DNA from: Alloascoidea hylecoeti | Taxonomy: Eukaryota | Reading direction: 5' to 3' | Assembly: GCA_001600815.1 (NCBI GenBank) | Contig: BCKZ01000001.1 | Coordinates: 602,613-666,612, forward strand | DNA: 64,000 nt | Shown here: in pieces, positions 13,073 through 24,665 of the stretch | Position numbering within the stretch: the stretch's first letter is position 1 | Layout: each line of letters begins with the position of its first letter | Position numbers and translations under genes: made by a program | The notes under the pieces: generated by a model | Told to the model about the DNA's origin: nothing | Seen by the model: only the letters and a program-made list of their open reading frames with translations | Databases searched by the model: none

Positions 13073-15529
13073 CTAAGCTATATATGCGTAATCATCATTT
13101 CCTATACGTCTTATAAATTCTCGACTCAAGAGATCCTCAATTTCTATTTTAACCTCCTTGATAGGAATGATACCTCTTCCTTTACATTGTCTAGATACTT
13201 CTGTAATTAGATCCTCGTGACTGAGGTTCTTTCTTACTTTCATGATCCTGATAATAGCGGCTTTAACCTCCATGCCTCGCTCAAATTTAACATCCCGTTT
13301 TGAATCTTCTGAATCCTCTTTGGAAACTAATTTAGTGTAGTTAACTCTTAACTTATAATTTCGCGACTCAAAGTTCAAGTTGACGGCAAAATGACATGAA
13401 TTAAACTTGGAGATATCTGAGAATTCAGGAATTACTTTTAATACTTTGACTTTACCAGATGTTAAAGAATATAGAACCTGCTTAAGTTCATGTTCGTCCA
13501 TATCCCCCAATGATTCTTGAATATGACTATATGTCAAAGTTTCATCATCATCCTTCAGACCATTGAATAATAAAATTACTGCAGTCTGAGCTAAATTTAA
13601 AGATATAATTTTTGCACCTTTTGGAAAATTTGCTTTTATAGTGCAATGGCTTGTCATGTAGTTCCATGTCAAAAGCTTTGATTGATTCTTTTTTGACTGA
13701 TTCTCTTTGTAAAATGACGTAAAACTTTCCAAGACATCATCCATACAAGGTGGTAGTGAAAACTTTGGTGATGGATAGTTGGGCCAATTGCTCTCTGTTA
13801 ATATATCCACATTAAATTCCATGCACTTTACATTTGGACCGTTTACAGCTAACAATTTTTCCTTTCCAACATCTGTCATCCTGTAATCCTTACTCCATTT
13901 ATTATTAGTTGTCTTATCTTTAAACATTCCTTCCATTTTTTCAGTGAAATGAGAACCACATTCTTCGCGTAATTGAGTAATTATCATTTCTTCTTGTTCA
14001 AAATGTACGACTTTATTCAATAACAACCGTCTTCCAAACTCCCGACGATATAAACTTTCAAAATAAGTTTTATTATCTATTAACCTGAATAAATCAACAC
14101 ATCTTTTAATCATTATTTCGGGATCATCATAATCCTTGAATCCCGATTTCAGTAGATCGCCAATAAACTTAGAAAGGCGTGTAGCTGTAACATCACCAAA
14201 ATCAAAAAGCAACCGAGTAAGTAGGTCTCGTTCATCATGAACAAGACTAGAGTAATTTGTCATCAATCTTGCTGCGTTTTTCCATCGTGTTCTAAAATCA
14301 ATCAGATTCTTAATTGTTTGAAAATACTTGTCATTCATGTCAACCAGTATCAGTTCCATATTTTTTATAATATAGCTTTTGAAACTTTCTCTAAGATATA
14401 GAAGCCGATCTCTTTTACATTTATCAAGATAGTCCGGGGACAAATCCCCGAAAATATCCTCCTTTGTTTCAGGATCTTCCTCTACTTTCAGTTTTGCCTG
14501 TAAATAGTCTGTTTTGATCTTATGAGCTTCATCTACTATCAGCGTCTCTAAAAGTTGTAAATTCTCTGCATCTTGCTTTTCAAGAAGTTCTTCAAGCCAG
14601 AGATCCAGTAATCTCTTTGTAGTTTTAATAACCATCTCTTCATATATTATACGCTGCATCTCAACTTTCAGTAATTCACTTTGCAAATGTAAACTAAGAT
14701 CGGATTCTTTCGCACAGTCTTCATGAACTCTTTTCGCGTAGATATCAATTTTGAGTATTGGAATCAAATTCTCCGCAAGTTTTTTATAATATTCTCTGCA
14801 ATGGTCAATTAAATACGGCTCAAATAGAGAAGCAGATAAGTTTCCAAAAGAGCGGTAAAAATCAAAAATTGAGAGCAGTGAATCTTCAATTATAGCTTCT
14901 TCACGTTCCCTTATTTTCTCATTAAACAAGACACGAAATCCATTTATAATACAAGGAAGAATAATCTCATTTTTAATGATCACATTGAAAAATAATTCTG
15001 TTGAGGTGGTCCATATTGGCTTCCTTCGTGTTGAATTTAAAAGATAGCTTCTATCGAGATATAAGAAAGTGTTCCTAATAAGTTTAATTTGTATTGACCA
15101 CTTCTCCCACACTTTTAAAACAGTTTGAAGTGCAGGCACCGGATCAACGCTGTTAAGAGAAGATATAATAATATGTTTTAGCTCTTCGATACGATCTTTT
15201 AAGCTCTGTAATATCATTTTCCATACTTGTGATGACTTGTCATGCCGACAAAGATTCTCTGTGCCCCTATATAACTCTTCAAGTGAATCAGAAATCGGTA
15301 AATCATGTAATATAGCATAAACACAATTCTTTAACTTGGATTCGATATCCAAATAAAATCGTTCCGCCATATCGCCCCTGCACAGATTAGGCCGGACCGG
15401 TTTCGTGATCTGCTTCACAAGAAGTTTCCTAGGAGCAGTTCTTGACACCCTTGGATTCCTAGGTGTAGAAGACTTCGGGCCACCCCAAGCAGTAGTCCCC
15501 ATATTTTGGCTTTGTGAAATATCTGACAT
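13073..15529 (-). CDS. CUL4: Cullin, most like cullin-4 (Pcu4/CulD)
   Basis: SLEELYRGTENLC, IRNTFLYLDRSYLL, FESLYRREFGRRLL, ECGSHFTEKMEGMFKD, neddylation motif AAIIRIMKVRK and C-terminal winged helix. Confidence 0.82.
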   Translation of the reverse strand: MSDISQSQNMGTTAWGGPKSSTPRNPRVSRTAPRKLLVKQITKPVRPNLCRGDMAERFYLDIESKLKNCVYAILHDLPISDSLEELYRGTENLCRHDKSSQVWKMILQSLKDRIEELKHIIISSLNSVDPVPALQTVLKVWEKWSIQIKLIRNTFLYLDRSYLLNSTRRKPIWTTSTELFFNVIIKNEIILPCIINGFRVLFNEKIREREEAIIEDSLLSIFDFYRSFGNLSASLFEPYLIDHCREYYKKLAENLIPILKIDIYAKRVHEDCAKESDLSLHLQSELLKVEMQRIIYEEMVIKTTKRLLDLWLEELLEKQDAENLQLLETLIVDEAHKIKTDYLQAKLKVEEDPETKEDIFGDLSPDYLDKCKRDRLLYLRESFKSYIIKNMELILVDMNDKYFQTIKNLIDFRTRWKNAARLMTNYSSLVHDERDLLTRLLFDFGDVTATRLSKFIGDLLKSGFKDYDDPEIMIKRCVDLFRLIDNKTYFESLYRREFGRRLLLNKVVHFEQEEMIITQLREECGSHFTEKMEGMFKDKTTNNKWSKDYRMTDVGKEKLLAVNGPNVKCMEFNVDILTESNWPNYPSPKFSLPPCMDDVLESFTSFYKENQSKKNQSKLLTWNYMTSHCTIKANFPKGAKIISLNLAQTAVILLFNGLKDDDETLTYSHIQESLGDMDEHELKQVLYSLTSGKVKVLKVIPEFSDISKFNSCHFAVNLNFESRNYKLRVNYTKLVSKEDSEDSKRDVKFERGMEVKAAIIRIMKVRKNLSHEDLITEVSRQCKGRGIIPIKEVKIEIEDLLSREFIRRIGNDDYAYIA

Positions 15530-15592
15530 ATTCTGTAGTTGGGGTCGATGTTTATTATGGAGTTAGGAATCTTTGGGTATCTCTAATTATAG

Positions 15593-15600
15593 TTACCCGG
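15593..15600 (+). promoter_or_regulatory. Reb1-type site in the CUL4 / Shg1-like bidirectional promoter
   Basis: TTACCCGG in the middle of a 133-bp head-to-head gap. Confidence 0.65.
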
Positions 15601-15662
15601 AATGAATGCTCCTATACATTCACTATTTATCTTTATCGCGAAAAATATTACAATCTCAAGCT

Positions 15663-18600
15663 ATGGATGTGAAAGATATAGGAAAAACACGCTCGAAAGT
15701 CCGCCAGTTCAGAAAAGGGGATAAGCTAGATCATATGGCAGATAAGGTCATACAAAACTTCAAATCGAGCGTATGTTTACCTAAATTTTTGCCTATCCGT
15801 TTTTTATTTAATCAGGTAGAAGCTCATCTCTAAAACTAATTCCTTCCCAGGCCAAATATGAAAAATTCGTCTCTTCTATCGAAGATATAATCTCTGACCA
15901 AATCGAAAAAAAACCTGAACTACTATTGTCAGATAATTCTAATGTTGCGGTTAGTAGTATTCAATCTGCGCTATTTCGAACGTTGAATAAACAGCGACAC
16001 CAAGAAGAAGCCCGCAATCGGTCTATTAGCAACAATAACAACAACAATAATAACAACAACAATAACATATCCTCACGAAGGGGTTATGATGATGATGATA
16101 TCGATGTTGAGAAATGCAAGATAATATCAGATGTTTATTATAAAGATATTGGAAGGCATACAGTAGGTTCTGAAAGCGTTAGAACGGAAATAATGAATGA
16201 GTTGGTCGAATACACAAAGGCTCATTATATTAAAATGGGAATCGATCCCAGTAAAGGGAAATTTTTTGAGAATCATGACGCTCTAAGGGATAGAGTTACT
16301 GAATCCTATCCATATAGGGATTTGAGACACAATGACTCCTCTGTTAATGGATATCAAGATCAAACCTATATCAATAATAGAATAAATTCATTACGAGAAC
16401 AACCCGATATAATAACAGATAACGATAGATTGTTCCATACACCGTTAGAGAGACACTCTAGAGATATATCTGGCATCTCTCGAAATGAGGTAAGATTAAG
16501 AAGTCGAAGTGGTAGCAGAACCCCTATCAATAAGGAAGGTGAAAAACATGCCAGTGTAAATAGAGAGCGACACGACCAAGCATCGTATTCCAACAGTCAA
16601 ATGAATTTGGATGTCAGTGATTATGATAATAAATCTGCTTATAAGAGTCAATTGAAGGATGTTGTTCCTCGAAATGAAGCGCGGAGTGTCAGTCGTGGTA
16701 GGATTTCTACTTATGGGGAATCGCGATGGAAAGGGAGAGAGAACTCTAGACCAACTAGTATGAACGGATATAAAGATCAAACATCTTATTCCAACGGTAA
16801 ACTGAATTCACCACAAGAAATCTCGGATTTCAGAGATAGCAATAGATTCTCCTACAGATCGTCTGAAAGATCACAACATAATCCCTCTGCCACATTTCAA
16901 CATGAAGGAAAAAGAAGTCCTAATGAAAGTATGATTGTCCCTAATAGGGAGTCTCAGGTTTGGAAAGAAGGAGAACGGTCTAGACCTGTAGTTAGTAGAC
17001 AACCTTCTAAATCACGAGTCACTTCCATTCACATAAAAAGACAAGAAAGTGATAAACAAGATTCGTCTGAAAGATCACAAAATGATCTCTCTGCCACATC
17101 TCAACATGAAGGAAAAATAAGTCCTAATGAAAGTATGATTGTTCCTAATAAGGAGTCTCAGGTTTGGAAAGAAGGAGAACGGTCTAGACCTGTAGTTAGT
17201 AGACAACCTTCTAAATCACTAATCAATTCCATTCATATAAAAAGGCAAGAAAGTGAGAACAAAAATGGGACCAAAGCTCTGGATCATGAAGGTAATATCC
17301 ATTCCACAAAACCGGCAATTGACGAACCGAGAAATGATAGCATCCAACAACCAACATCACAAACAAAAATTGAAAAGACTGATGATGAAGCATCCAAACA
17401 CAAAAATGGGGCCAACCCTCTTTCAGTTGAAAGTATCCATTCTACAGAACCGACAATTGAGGGGATGGGAAAGGGTAGCCGACAAATTACTAAGCCAGAA
17501 TCACAAACCAAAATCGACGGAGATGATAAACAAGCATCAATTTCACCCTTAAACACAAATGAACAAGAATCCTCTATTAAATTGATCGATAATTCTTCAC
17601 TCTTTTTAGATAAGGACAAAAGAAGTTCACCAATTAAAACGGATGAGAACATAACACAACATGAGCAAAAAACTTCTATAACAAACACTCCGCATTCATC
17701 AAATGGCATGAGTTTGCTTTCTACAACTTCACAAGTTTCACAATCCCCTATATTATCAAACTTGAATACAAATTCCATTAATAAAACCTCTGATAATGAC
17801 ACAATTCCAGTAAATAATTCAATACTCCCATCATCATCAATAAATATTTCGATAACTTCATCCCCAAAATTTTCTGCTTCTGTTCCAAAAGAAAAAGTAG
17901 TTTCATCACAATCTCCCTCACTCATCCAGCCTCCTACTTCTCGGTTATCTACTTCTCCCAAAGCGGATTCCAATTTGTCTGTGCACCTTTCGAAACCAAC
18001 GATCAATGAACCATTACCATCTGGTCTTTCACCGAAACAACGAAAAAGTGCAAGCACTGGTGATATTGTTAAAGAACCAAATAATTCTATTGACAAATCT
18101 GGAAGAAAAGTTGAGGTAAGTAGGACCGATAGTGAAGATAAAGATAGAACAAAATTTGTATCCGAAGTGAGAAAAAGAGGTGAAGAACTTGAAAGGGGTC
18201 AGAACAGAAATACTGAAAGAGATCGACAGCAAGAAGAAAGTAATAGAATAGGAAGGAATAGAGACAGAGAAGTTGGAAGGGGTAGGTATGGAAATACCGA
18301 AAGAGATGCGAAATTTACCAGAGAGAAAGAAAGAGATGAAAGTAATAGAAAAGAAATGATAAGGGACAATGGAGTAGGAAGAGGTAGGTATGGAAATACC
18401 GAAAGAGATGCGAAATTTACCAGAGAAAAAGGAAAAGATGAAAGTAATAGAAGAGAAAGGATAAGGGACAGAGAAATTGAAAGAGGTATATTAAGAAGTA
18501 CGGACAGGGATGCGGAATTTCCTAGGCGGGAAAGAGATAAACGAGAAATATCTGAAAGGACAAGAGATCCAGACAGACGCGGAGACGGCGACAGCAACAG

Positions 18601-19441
18601 CTACAGCTACAGAGAAAAAGGTGTTGATAGGAATCGAAATCGAGATGAAGATAAGGTTAGAGTGAGAAATGACAAAAAGGATGCTCCAAGCGAAAGTAAT
18701 GGTCGGAGAGACAGTGCGAGGGAAAGCGACAGGAATAGAGAAAGAAGTGGCCCAAGAGATAGAAAAAGAAATATATCACAAGAAGGAGATAGAGGCAGGG
18801 TTAAAAGAAGGGATATGTCACGAGTAAAAGACGAGAGAGCCAAGGTCATCGAAATCTTAAGAAGAGAACGTGTAAAAGAAAGGGAAAGGGAAGCAAAAGA
18901 GTATTTACGCCAAAGAGGTCTCAAACGGGAAAGAAATGAAGAACGAAGCGAAGAACGAAATAGAATCAGAGAAAATTCTCCAGAATCGTTACCTACGATT
19001 AAGAAATCCTATGATTCTTTTAAACCTCCTCCAGCTAGTAGTGGTTTGCCTTCTCGTCCTCTGGCCGCTCGAACACATATACCCCAAAATGATGATGATC
19101 GTTATACAGCTTATTCGCCGTTTACGGAAGCAAGGAACCGAGAGAGGTATAGTTATGATAAAGCAAAGGAATATCCAGCAATTTCAAAACTGGAAAATTT
19201 TTATGACGAGCCAGCAGCTGTAGCAGAAAATGAACCAAGGAAGACTGGGGCTTCTCCTGATGTAAGTCACTACAGCCCTCCCCAGGAAAGGTCAAGGGAC
19301 AGAGAACGAGCAAGAAAAGCACTATTATTATCCTCTACCAGAAAGTCAGGCGATAAAATAGAAAAGGTTACAGGATCTGGATCCACTTATGGCGGAAGAC
19401 ATAGGAGGAGTAAAGATCATTATAACGGACGAAGAAGATGA
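15663..19441 (+). CDS. COMPASS Shg1/BOD1-like N-terminal domain plus long disordered Ser- and Arg/Glu/Asp-rich tail; exons 15663-15770 and 15851-19441
   Basis: Intron 15771-15850 (GTATGT...ACTAAT...CAG, phase 0) joins the 15606 and 15926 ORFs in frame, giving VRQFRKGDKLDHMADKVIQNFKSS|AKYEKFVSSIEDIISDQIEKKPELLLSD...IQSALFR, which resembles the Shg1 domain pattern. Confidence 0.7.
16859..17257 (+). repeat. In-frame tandem duplication, 204-bp (68-aa) unit x2
   Basis: GTCTGAAAGATCACAA...TTGGAAAGAAGGAGAACGGTCTAGACCTGTAGTTAGTAGACAACCTTCTAAATCAC starts at both 16861 and 17065. Confidence 0.9.
18240..18490 (+). repeat. In-frame tandem repeat, 102-bp (34-aa) unit, about 2.5 copies
   Basis: GGTAGGTATGGAAATACCGAAAGAGATGCGAAATTTACCAGAGA at 18281 and 18383 (GRYGNTERDAKFTREK). 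Confidence 0.85.
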
Positions 19442-19905
19442 TCACGTATTCTAATGAATATTTTATCTGTACATGTAGCTATTACTCCATGAATTAAAAA
19501 AAAAAAAGTTTATTAATTTATAATGTGAATAAAAACGTGGTACTATACGCGTGCCAATAATTCGAATATGACTGTGTTTTTTTGTTTTCATTTGTTTACC
19601 CATTTCCCTGTCATCTCAATTTCGAAGTTGTATTACATTTGTTATCGTGTATTTGATAAATAATCATATCAAATTTTCCAAGTAATTGATCCTAACCCTC
19701 ATGTTAATAAGTTGAATAAAAAAAAGAAAAAAATATAGAGCTGTGGGCGGTAAGAAGATATGTGAGTGCCATTAACAGAGTATGGACAGGAAAATTTTTA
19801 TATCCTTAAGATTAAGTATATCATTGCAATTATGATTTTTTTTTATAAATCAATATTAAAAATATTTTAAAATAATATGAGTAATTTGATTGACTGAATT
19901 TAATA

Positions 19906-21588
19906 TCACCTTTTTATATTTCGCTCAGATCTTCCTAAACCTAAAGTTGCATCAAATGAAGATCGGGAAGAAACGCTACTTGAAGAACTTCTTCGTTGTT
20001 TTCTTGCATGATGCGGATCCACAGCGTTATTACCAGCCATATTTGATAATACACCCAAGATATCGGTTAATGAGACAACACCAATAAGTTTCCCATTTCC
20101 GATTTCATTACGACTTGACAAAGAATTTGTTGGCGGTAGATTATATTCATCATATGGTTGAACAATCCATAATCGATGCGCTCGTGTCGCTACCAGCTTT
20201 GCGATTGTCCTTCCTAAAGATGTATTTGGGGTAACATGAAAAATAGGGAATGAATCCTTACCATTATCCAAGCCTCTGCTATTTAAGATAACCGAAATAA
20301 AATGAAGACAGGATTTAAATAGAATATGTGACTGTGAGGATTTTGTAACTTGTTGAACATCAGTAACAGATATATTCCCTAATAAATGATCGTGTGAATC
20401 AACAACAGCTAATGAAGAAATTCCATCTACATGCATTTTATAAAATGCGTCGATTACATTATCTTCACCATTAATTGTAACTAATTTTTTCGAGCCAATT
20501 TTTAGGTCGGCTAAGGAAGTTTGAAATAAGGTTTCCAAGCCTTTAAACCTTCTACCATTTTCCCAGATATACTTCATAAGACGCCTCTGCGATAAAATTC
20601 CAACAATATGTTTATCATCATCATTCGCAGTGATTGCGATTCTATGAACTCCACTTCCTAATACTTGGACGATGTTAGCTAATGTATTGGATTCAGCAAA
20701 CCTTAAAAACGGATTTTTGGCGGCAAGCTGAGACACAAAAAGAACAGGAACACTTTGTCCATTTTTAGCTCGAGTAATAAATTCACCAACTTCTTGTTCT
20801 GATTGAACAGAGCCTGTATCGATCATTGATTTGATTGAGCTTTCTGTAGGGAGGAATTTATTCATCATCAGTAATAAATAACCATTAACATCAGTATAAT
20901 CAAAAGTTAGGCAGTTTGGATTTGATGGAGAGATAATAACGGGAACGGATGTGAGATTATGTTCCATTAGAGTTTCGTAACCTTCTTCAACTGAGACATC
21001 TCCTTGGATGAAGATCAGTTTAGCTTCTTCGACAAGATCTGATAGCGTGACATCTTGCCAGTTAATAGCAACAGCGGAAGACATTGTATTAACAGAATTG
21101 TTAGAGGAAGATCTTGATACGGACGCATTGGCAGAATTTGGATCCAAGTTATCAATTGAGGATCTGTGAAGTTTTGCATTTGCATTAGATGGAGAAAGAG
21201 GAGGTGGGGCGGAAAGAATTTCGACAATTGAAGTATGTCTTCCGTGAATGCTAACGCTACCAGCGCTCGGAGAAGCGGCGCTCACAATTGAACTATGTCT
21301 TCCGGGAATGTGGAAAGAACTTTTTGAAGGGTATTTTATGGGAACGGAGGTTGAGGGAGTTGATTGTTGCGGTGCTAGACCTGGGTCTTGTGCATCTAAT
21401 GGAGAAACAGCCGGGGTAACAGCTGGGGTCACAGATTTGGGATGTCCCGTGGTAGCTGGGACGGGGTCTGTGGCAAGGCCCTTGGCAAGGTCTTTTGGGG
21501 GAGAAGTGACGACGACGGGTGCATTGAGCAGCTCTGGAGAGTTGTTGGTTGGCCCACTTGGAGGATTGGACATTTGGTTTGCTGACAT
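19906..21588 (-). CDS. SDS23: CBS-domain protein Sds23/Sds24
   Basis: Ser/Pro-rich N-terminus, LTFDYTD, LGSGVHRIA, LSQRRL, GNISVTDV, AKLVATRAHRLWIV, GVVSLTDIL. Confidence 0.9.
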   Translation of the reverse strand: MSANQMSNPPSGPTNNSPELLNAPVVVTSPPKDLAKGLATDPVPATTGHPKSVTPAVTPAVSPLDAQDPGLAPQQSTPSTSVPIKYPSKSSFHIPGRHSSIVSAASPSAGSVSIHGRHTSIVEILSAPPPLSPSNANAKLHRSSIDNLDPNSANASVSRSSSNNSVNTMSSAVAINWQDVTLSDLVEEAKLIFIQGDVSVEEGYETLMEHNLTSVPVIISPSNPNCLTFDYTDVNGYLLLMMNKFLPTESSIKSMIDTGSVQSEQEVGEFITRAKNGQSVPVLFVSQLAAKNPFLRFAESNTLANIVQVLGSGVHRIAITANDDDKHIVGILSQRRLMKYIWENGRRFKGLETLFQTSLADLKIGSKKLVTINGEDNVIDAFYKMHVDGISSLAVVDSHDHLLGNISVTDVQQVTKSSQSHILFKSCLHFISVILNSRGLDNGKDSFPIFHVTPNTSLGRTIAKLVATRAHRLWIVQPYDEYNLPPTNSLSSRNEIGNGKLIGVVSLTDILGVLSNMAGNNAVDPHHARKQRRSSSSSVSSRSSFDATLGLGRSERNIKR

Positions 21589-22442
21589 TAATATATACGG
21601 ATTGGTGGGTGAGAAGTTGATATTTATACGAGCGGGCTAACAACACTACATTTTCATCCGTAACTTACCAATCTCACATTTCGGAAAATATAGCACGTGT
21701 GTATCTGACCACTTATAAATTAATAATTGTTTCATATTACTAGTTAATTAGTTAACCTACACTATGTTCAATATGTTGAGATGGCCTTTGTCTTCATCAA
21801 AAATTTTGCGATATAGTAGGGGTTGCCGCTCTCGGATGAGTAAGAGTGTTTGGAGGTCTAGTGTATACCTATAGGTCTCTATAGCGAATAGTTTAAACGA
21901 AAAAAATTAGTAGTTACCCTAAGACTGTATTTTAAATATACAAGTTATCTTCCTTCTTTTTATAATCGATTAATTCTCTTTCATTCTACCTTTTTATTCA
22001 CTTTAAATGCGCATGTACTGATCAACACACCGATTTTGTTGTGGCAGTCACGCCATGATGACAATATAAAACCGTTTGATTGGCGCAGCTGACTATAATT
22101 AAAATTGGTTTTTGTTGTGTGTCTTATAGCTTTTCCTTTCCTTTCTCTCCGATGTATAAAATGTTGGTAATATTTACACTTTCGCATCACCCCATACTCA
22201 CGGAGCTAGATATACCAATTACCAATAACAATAATCCATATTTAGGCATATAACTAAATATACAATTCATAGCTACCTATAGATAGGACGATTATATCAT
22301 CTTCCCAATATTTCTTTGGGACTCATCATTATATAAACCTCAAGCATGCCCTGTAAACATTATCTTTATTAATTGTAAATCTATAATTGCAATTGCATCT
22401 AATTAATATTACAACCACGGAAATAAAATAAAACTAAAAGAT

Positions 22443-23852
22443 ATGCAAAGTAGTACTACATCTACAAGGTTACATTGTCCTATCGATGAGGTTGATTTGA
22501 AAAGCGCTTATGCCCTTGCAACAGGAGCAAACAAAAGGCAAAAGAAGTATAAATCTTTACTTGCTGATTCAAAATTAATGGGAGCCTCATCATCCAGTAA
22601 ATCCCAGATATTACATATCTCTGAACAACCTTGGACTTTAAGTAATTGGTATCTTCATATTAATTGGTTGAATACAACTTTAGTATTGGGCGTTCCACTT
22701 ATTGGATTAGGGCTTGCCTTGGGAACTCCTTTACAATTAAAAACAGCCATATGGACTCTGGCTTATTACGCTATATCTGGTCTTGGTATTACTGCTGGTT
22801 ATCATAGATTATGGTCACATAGATCTTATTCTGGTAATGTTGTCCTCAGACTCTTTTATGCCTGTGTTGGAGCAGGTGCCATCCAAGGTTCTATTAGATG
22901 GTGGGGTCATTCACATAGAATTCATCATAGATATACAGATACAAATAAAGATCCTTATAATGCAAAGCGTGGATTTTGGTTTTCACATATTGGATGGATG
23001 CTTCGTGTACAAAATCCAAAAGATAAAGCATATGCTGATATTTCAGACTTAAATGACGATTGGATTGTAAGAGTTCAACATAAGTATTATATTTTCTTTC
23101 TAATTATATGGGCTTATGTCTTCCCTGCTTGGATTTCTTCTTTTTGGGGTGATGCTTTTGGTGGGTTTGTTTATGCTGGTATACTTCGAGCTTTTATGAT
23201 TCAACAAGCAACATTTTGTGTCAATTCTTTAGCTCATTGGATTGGAACACAGCCATTTGATGATATTAGAACTCCAAGAGATCATTTATTAACAGCATTA
23301 GTTACATTTGGTGAAGGAAATCATAACTTTCATCATGAATTCCCAGCAGATTATAGAAATGCCATTAAATGGTACCAGTATGATCCAACAAAGGTTGCAA
23401 TTTATATAACATCATTAGTTGGTTTAGCATATGATCTTAGGACAGTTCCCCAAAATATTATTGATCAAGGTGTTTTACAACAACAACAAAAAAAACTTGA
23501 TAAAAAGCGCTCAAAGATCTTTTGGGGTACTCCAATTGAAAATTTACCGCTTATGGATATGGATGAATTTAATAAACTTAGTTCAAAAGATGCTACTAAT
23601 AGAAAATCCCTGGTTATAATTGGTGGTATTGTACATGATATTACAAAATTTATTAATGAACATCCAGGTGGAGAATCTTTAATCAAAACATGTATTGGTA
23701 AAGATGCAACAAAAGTATTTAATGGCGGCGTTTATAAACATTCAAATGCTGCTCATAATATGTTAGGTAATATGAGAACTGCAATTCTTAAAGATGCAAA
23801 AATTACTCTTGGACCTTTTGGCCATTCTTTAGAAGAGTATACGAAAAAGTAA
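22443..23852 (+). CDS. OLE1: Acyl-CoA delta-9 desaturase with fused cytochrome b5
   Basis: His boxes HRLWSH, HRIHH and HNFHH; C-terminal b5 domain with HPGG and HSNAAHN. Confidence 0.95.
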   Translation: MQSSTTSTRLHCPIDEVDLKSAYALATGANKRQKKYKSLLADSKLMGASSSSKSQILHISEQPWTLSNWYLHINWLNTTLVLGVPLIGLGLALGTPLQLKTAIWTLAYYAISGLGITAGYHRLWSHRSYSGNVVLRLFYACVGAGAIQGSIRWWGHSHRIHHRYTDTNKDPYNAKRGFWFSHIGWMLRVQNPKDKAYADISDLNDDWIVRVQHKYYIFFLIIWAYVFPAWISSFWGDAFGGFVYAGILRAFMIQQATFCVNSLAHWIGTQPFDDIRTPRDHLLTALVTFGEGNHNFHHEFPADYRNAIKWYQYDPTKVAIYITSLVGLAYDLRTVPQNIIDQGVLQQQQKKLDKKRSKIFWGTPIENLPLMDMDEFNKLSSKDATNRKSLVIIGGIVHDITKFINEHPGGESLIKTCIGKDATKVFNGGVYKHSNAAHNMLGNMRTAILKDAKITLGPFGHSLEEYTKK

Positions 23853-24665
23853 AATAGTAATTAGTATTAATTATTCAGGTGAAAAACTTTTAGTGAAGTT
23901 TGCAATTAATTAATATGATATACTTAAGCTTGAGGATAGCGATAGGGCTTGAAATAATAATAACTAATATCAGCAACTTATATAGAATTATTCCCATGGA
24001 AATTTTAATATAATATTAATTATAATGATATTTTAAATGTTAACTTTTAGATTCAATAGCTAGTAATTTGTTCACGCCCAGTTCGCCAACTGAGTCTGAA
24101 TGAAAATTAAATAGCGTTAGGAATAGTTGAGATATTTCTAAAACATACTTCACAATCAGATGATTTTTACTGAATTATACAACCAAATATGTAACGCTTC
24201 CACGAATTGATTGTAGACACTGGTGATATTTTTATTTTATATATTTTAACGTTACTTAATGACTTCACAATATTGCTTTTGTGTTTGGATTATAATTATA
24301 TGAGAGAGATACCATCTAGATCTATACGGTTAAAACTCATCAGTTACAACATCGAGATTAATATATGATCTTCTCTTTTATAAAGAATAGCTCTATACTT
24401 CTGAGAAAATAGATGGCTATAAGCGCTAGCCTAGCTCTAGATGGCAGTTTCATTTATTCGTGATATTGTAGGTGACTATTTGTAATTGGATATTCTAAGA
24501 CCGTACAAAATGCTAATCGGAATCAAAATATAGCTAGAATATTCATAGTATTATAATTAGGTATACCTGTATGACTGTTCATATAAATACAATCTTAAAT
24601 TTAAATAAAGGATATTACTCCATTATTTTGTATCCCTTGTCATAATAAAACGTTTATTCTGATTT

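Noticed and set aside
16366..19322. Antisense and alternative-frame ORFs, including the 270-aa ORF at 17284-18096 and the Leu/Ser-rich ORFs at 18199-18924
   Set aside because: They are shadows of a low-complexity purine-rich coding strand and contain no recognisable motifs.
22056..22155. ATGATGA...CTGA resembling C/D box snoRNA motifs upstream of OLE1
   Set aside because: There is no terminal stem, no proper terminal D box and no guide I could match to rRNA. It is more likely promoter sequence (it contains ATTGG).
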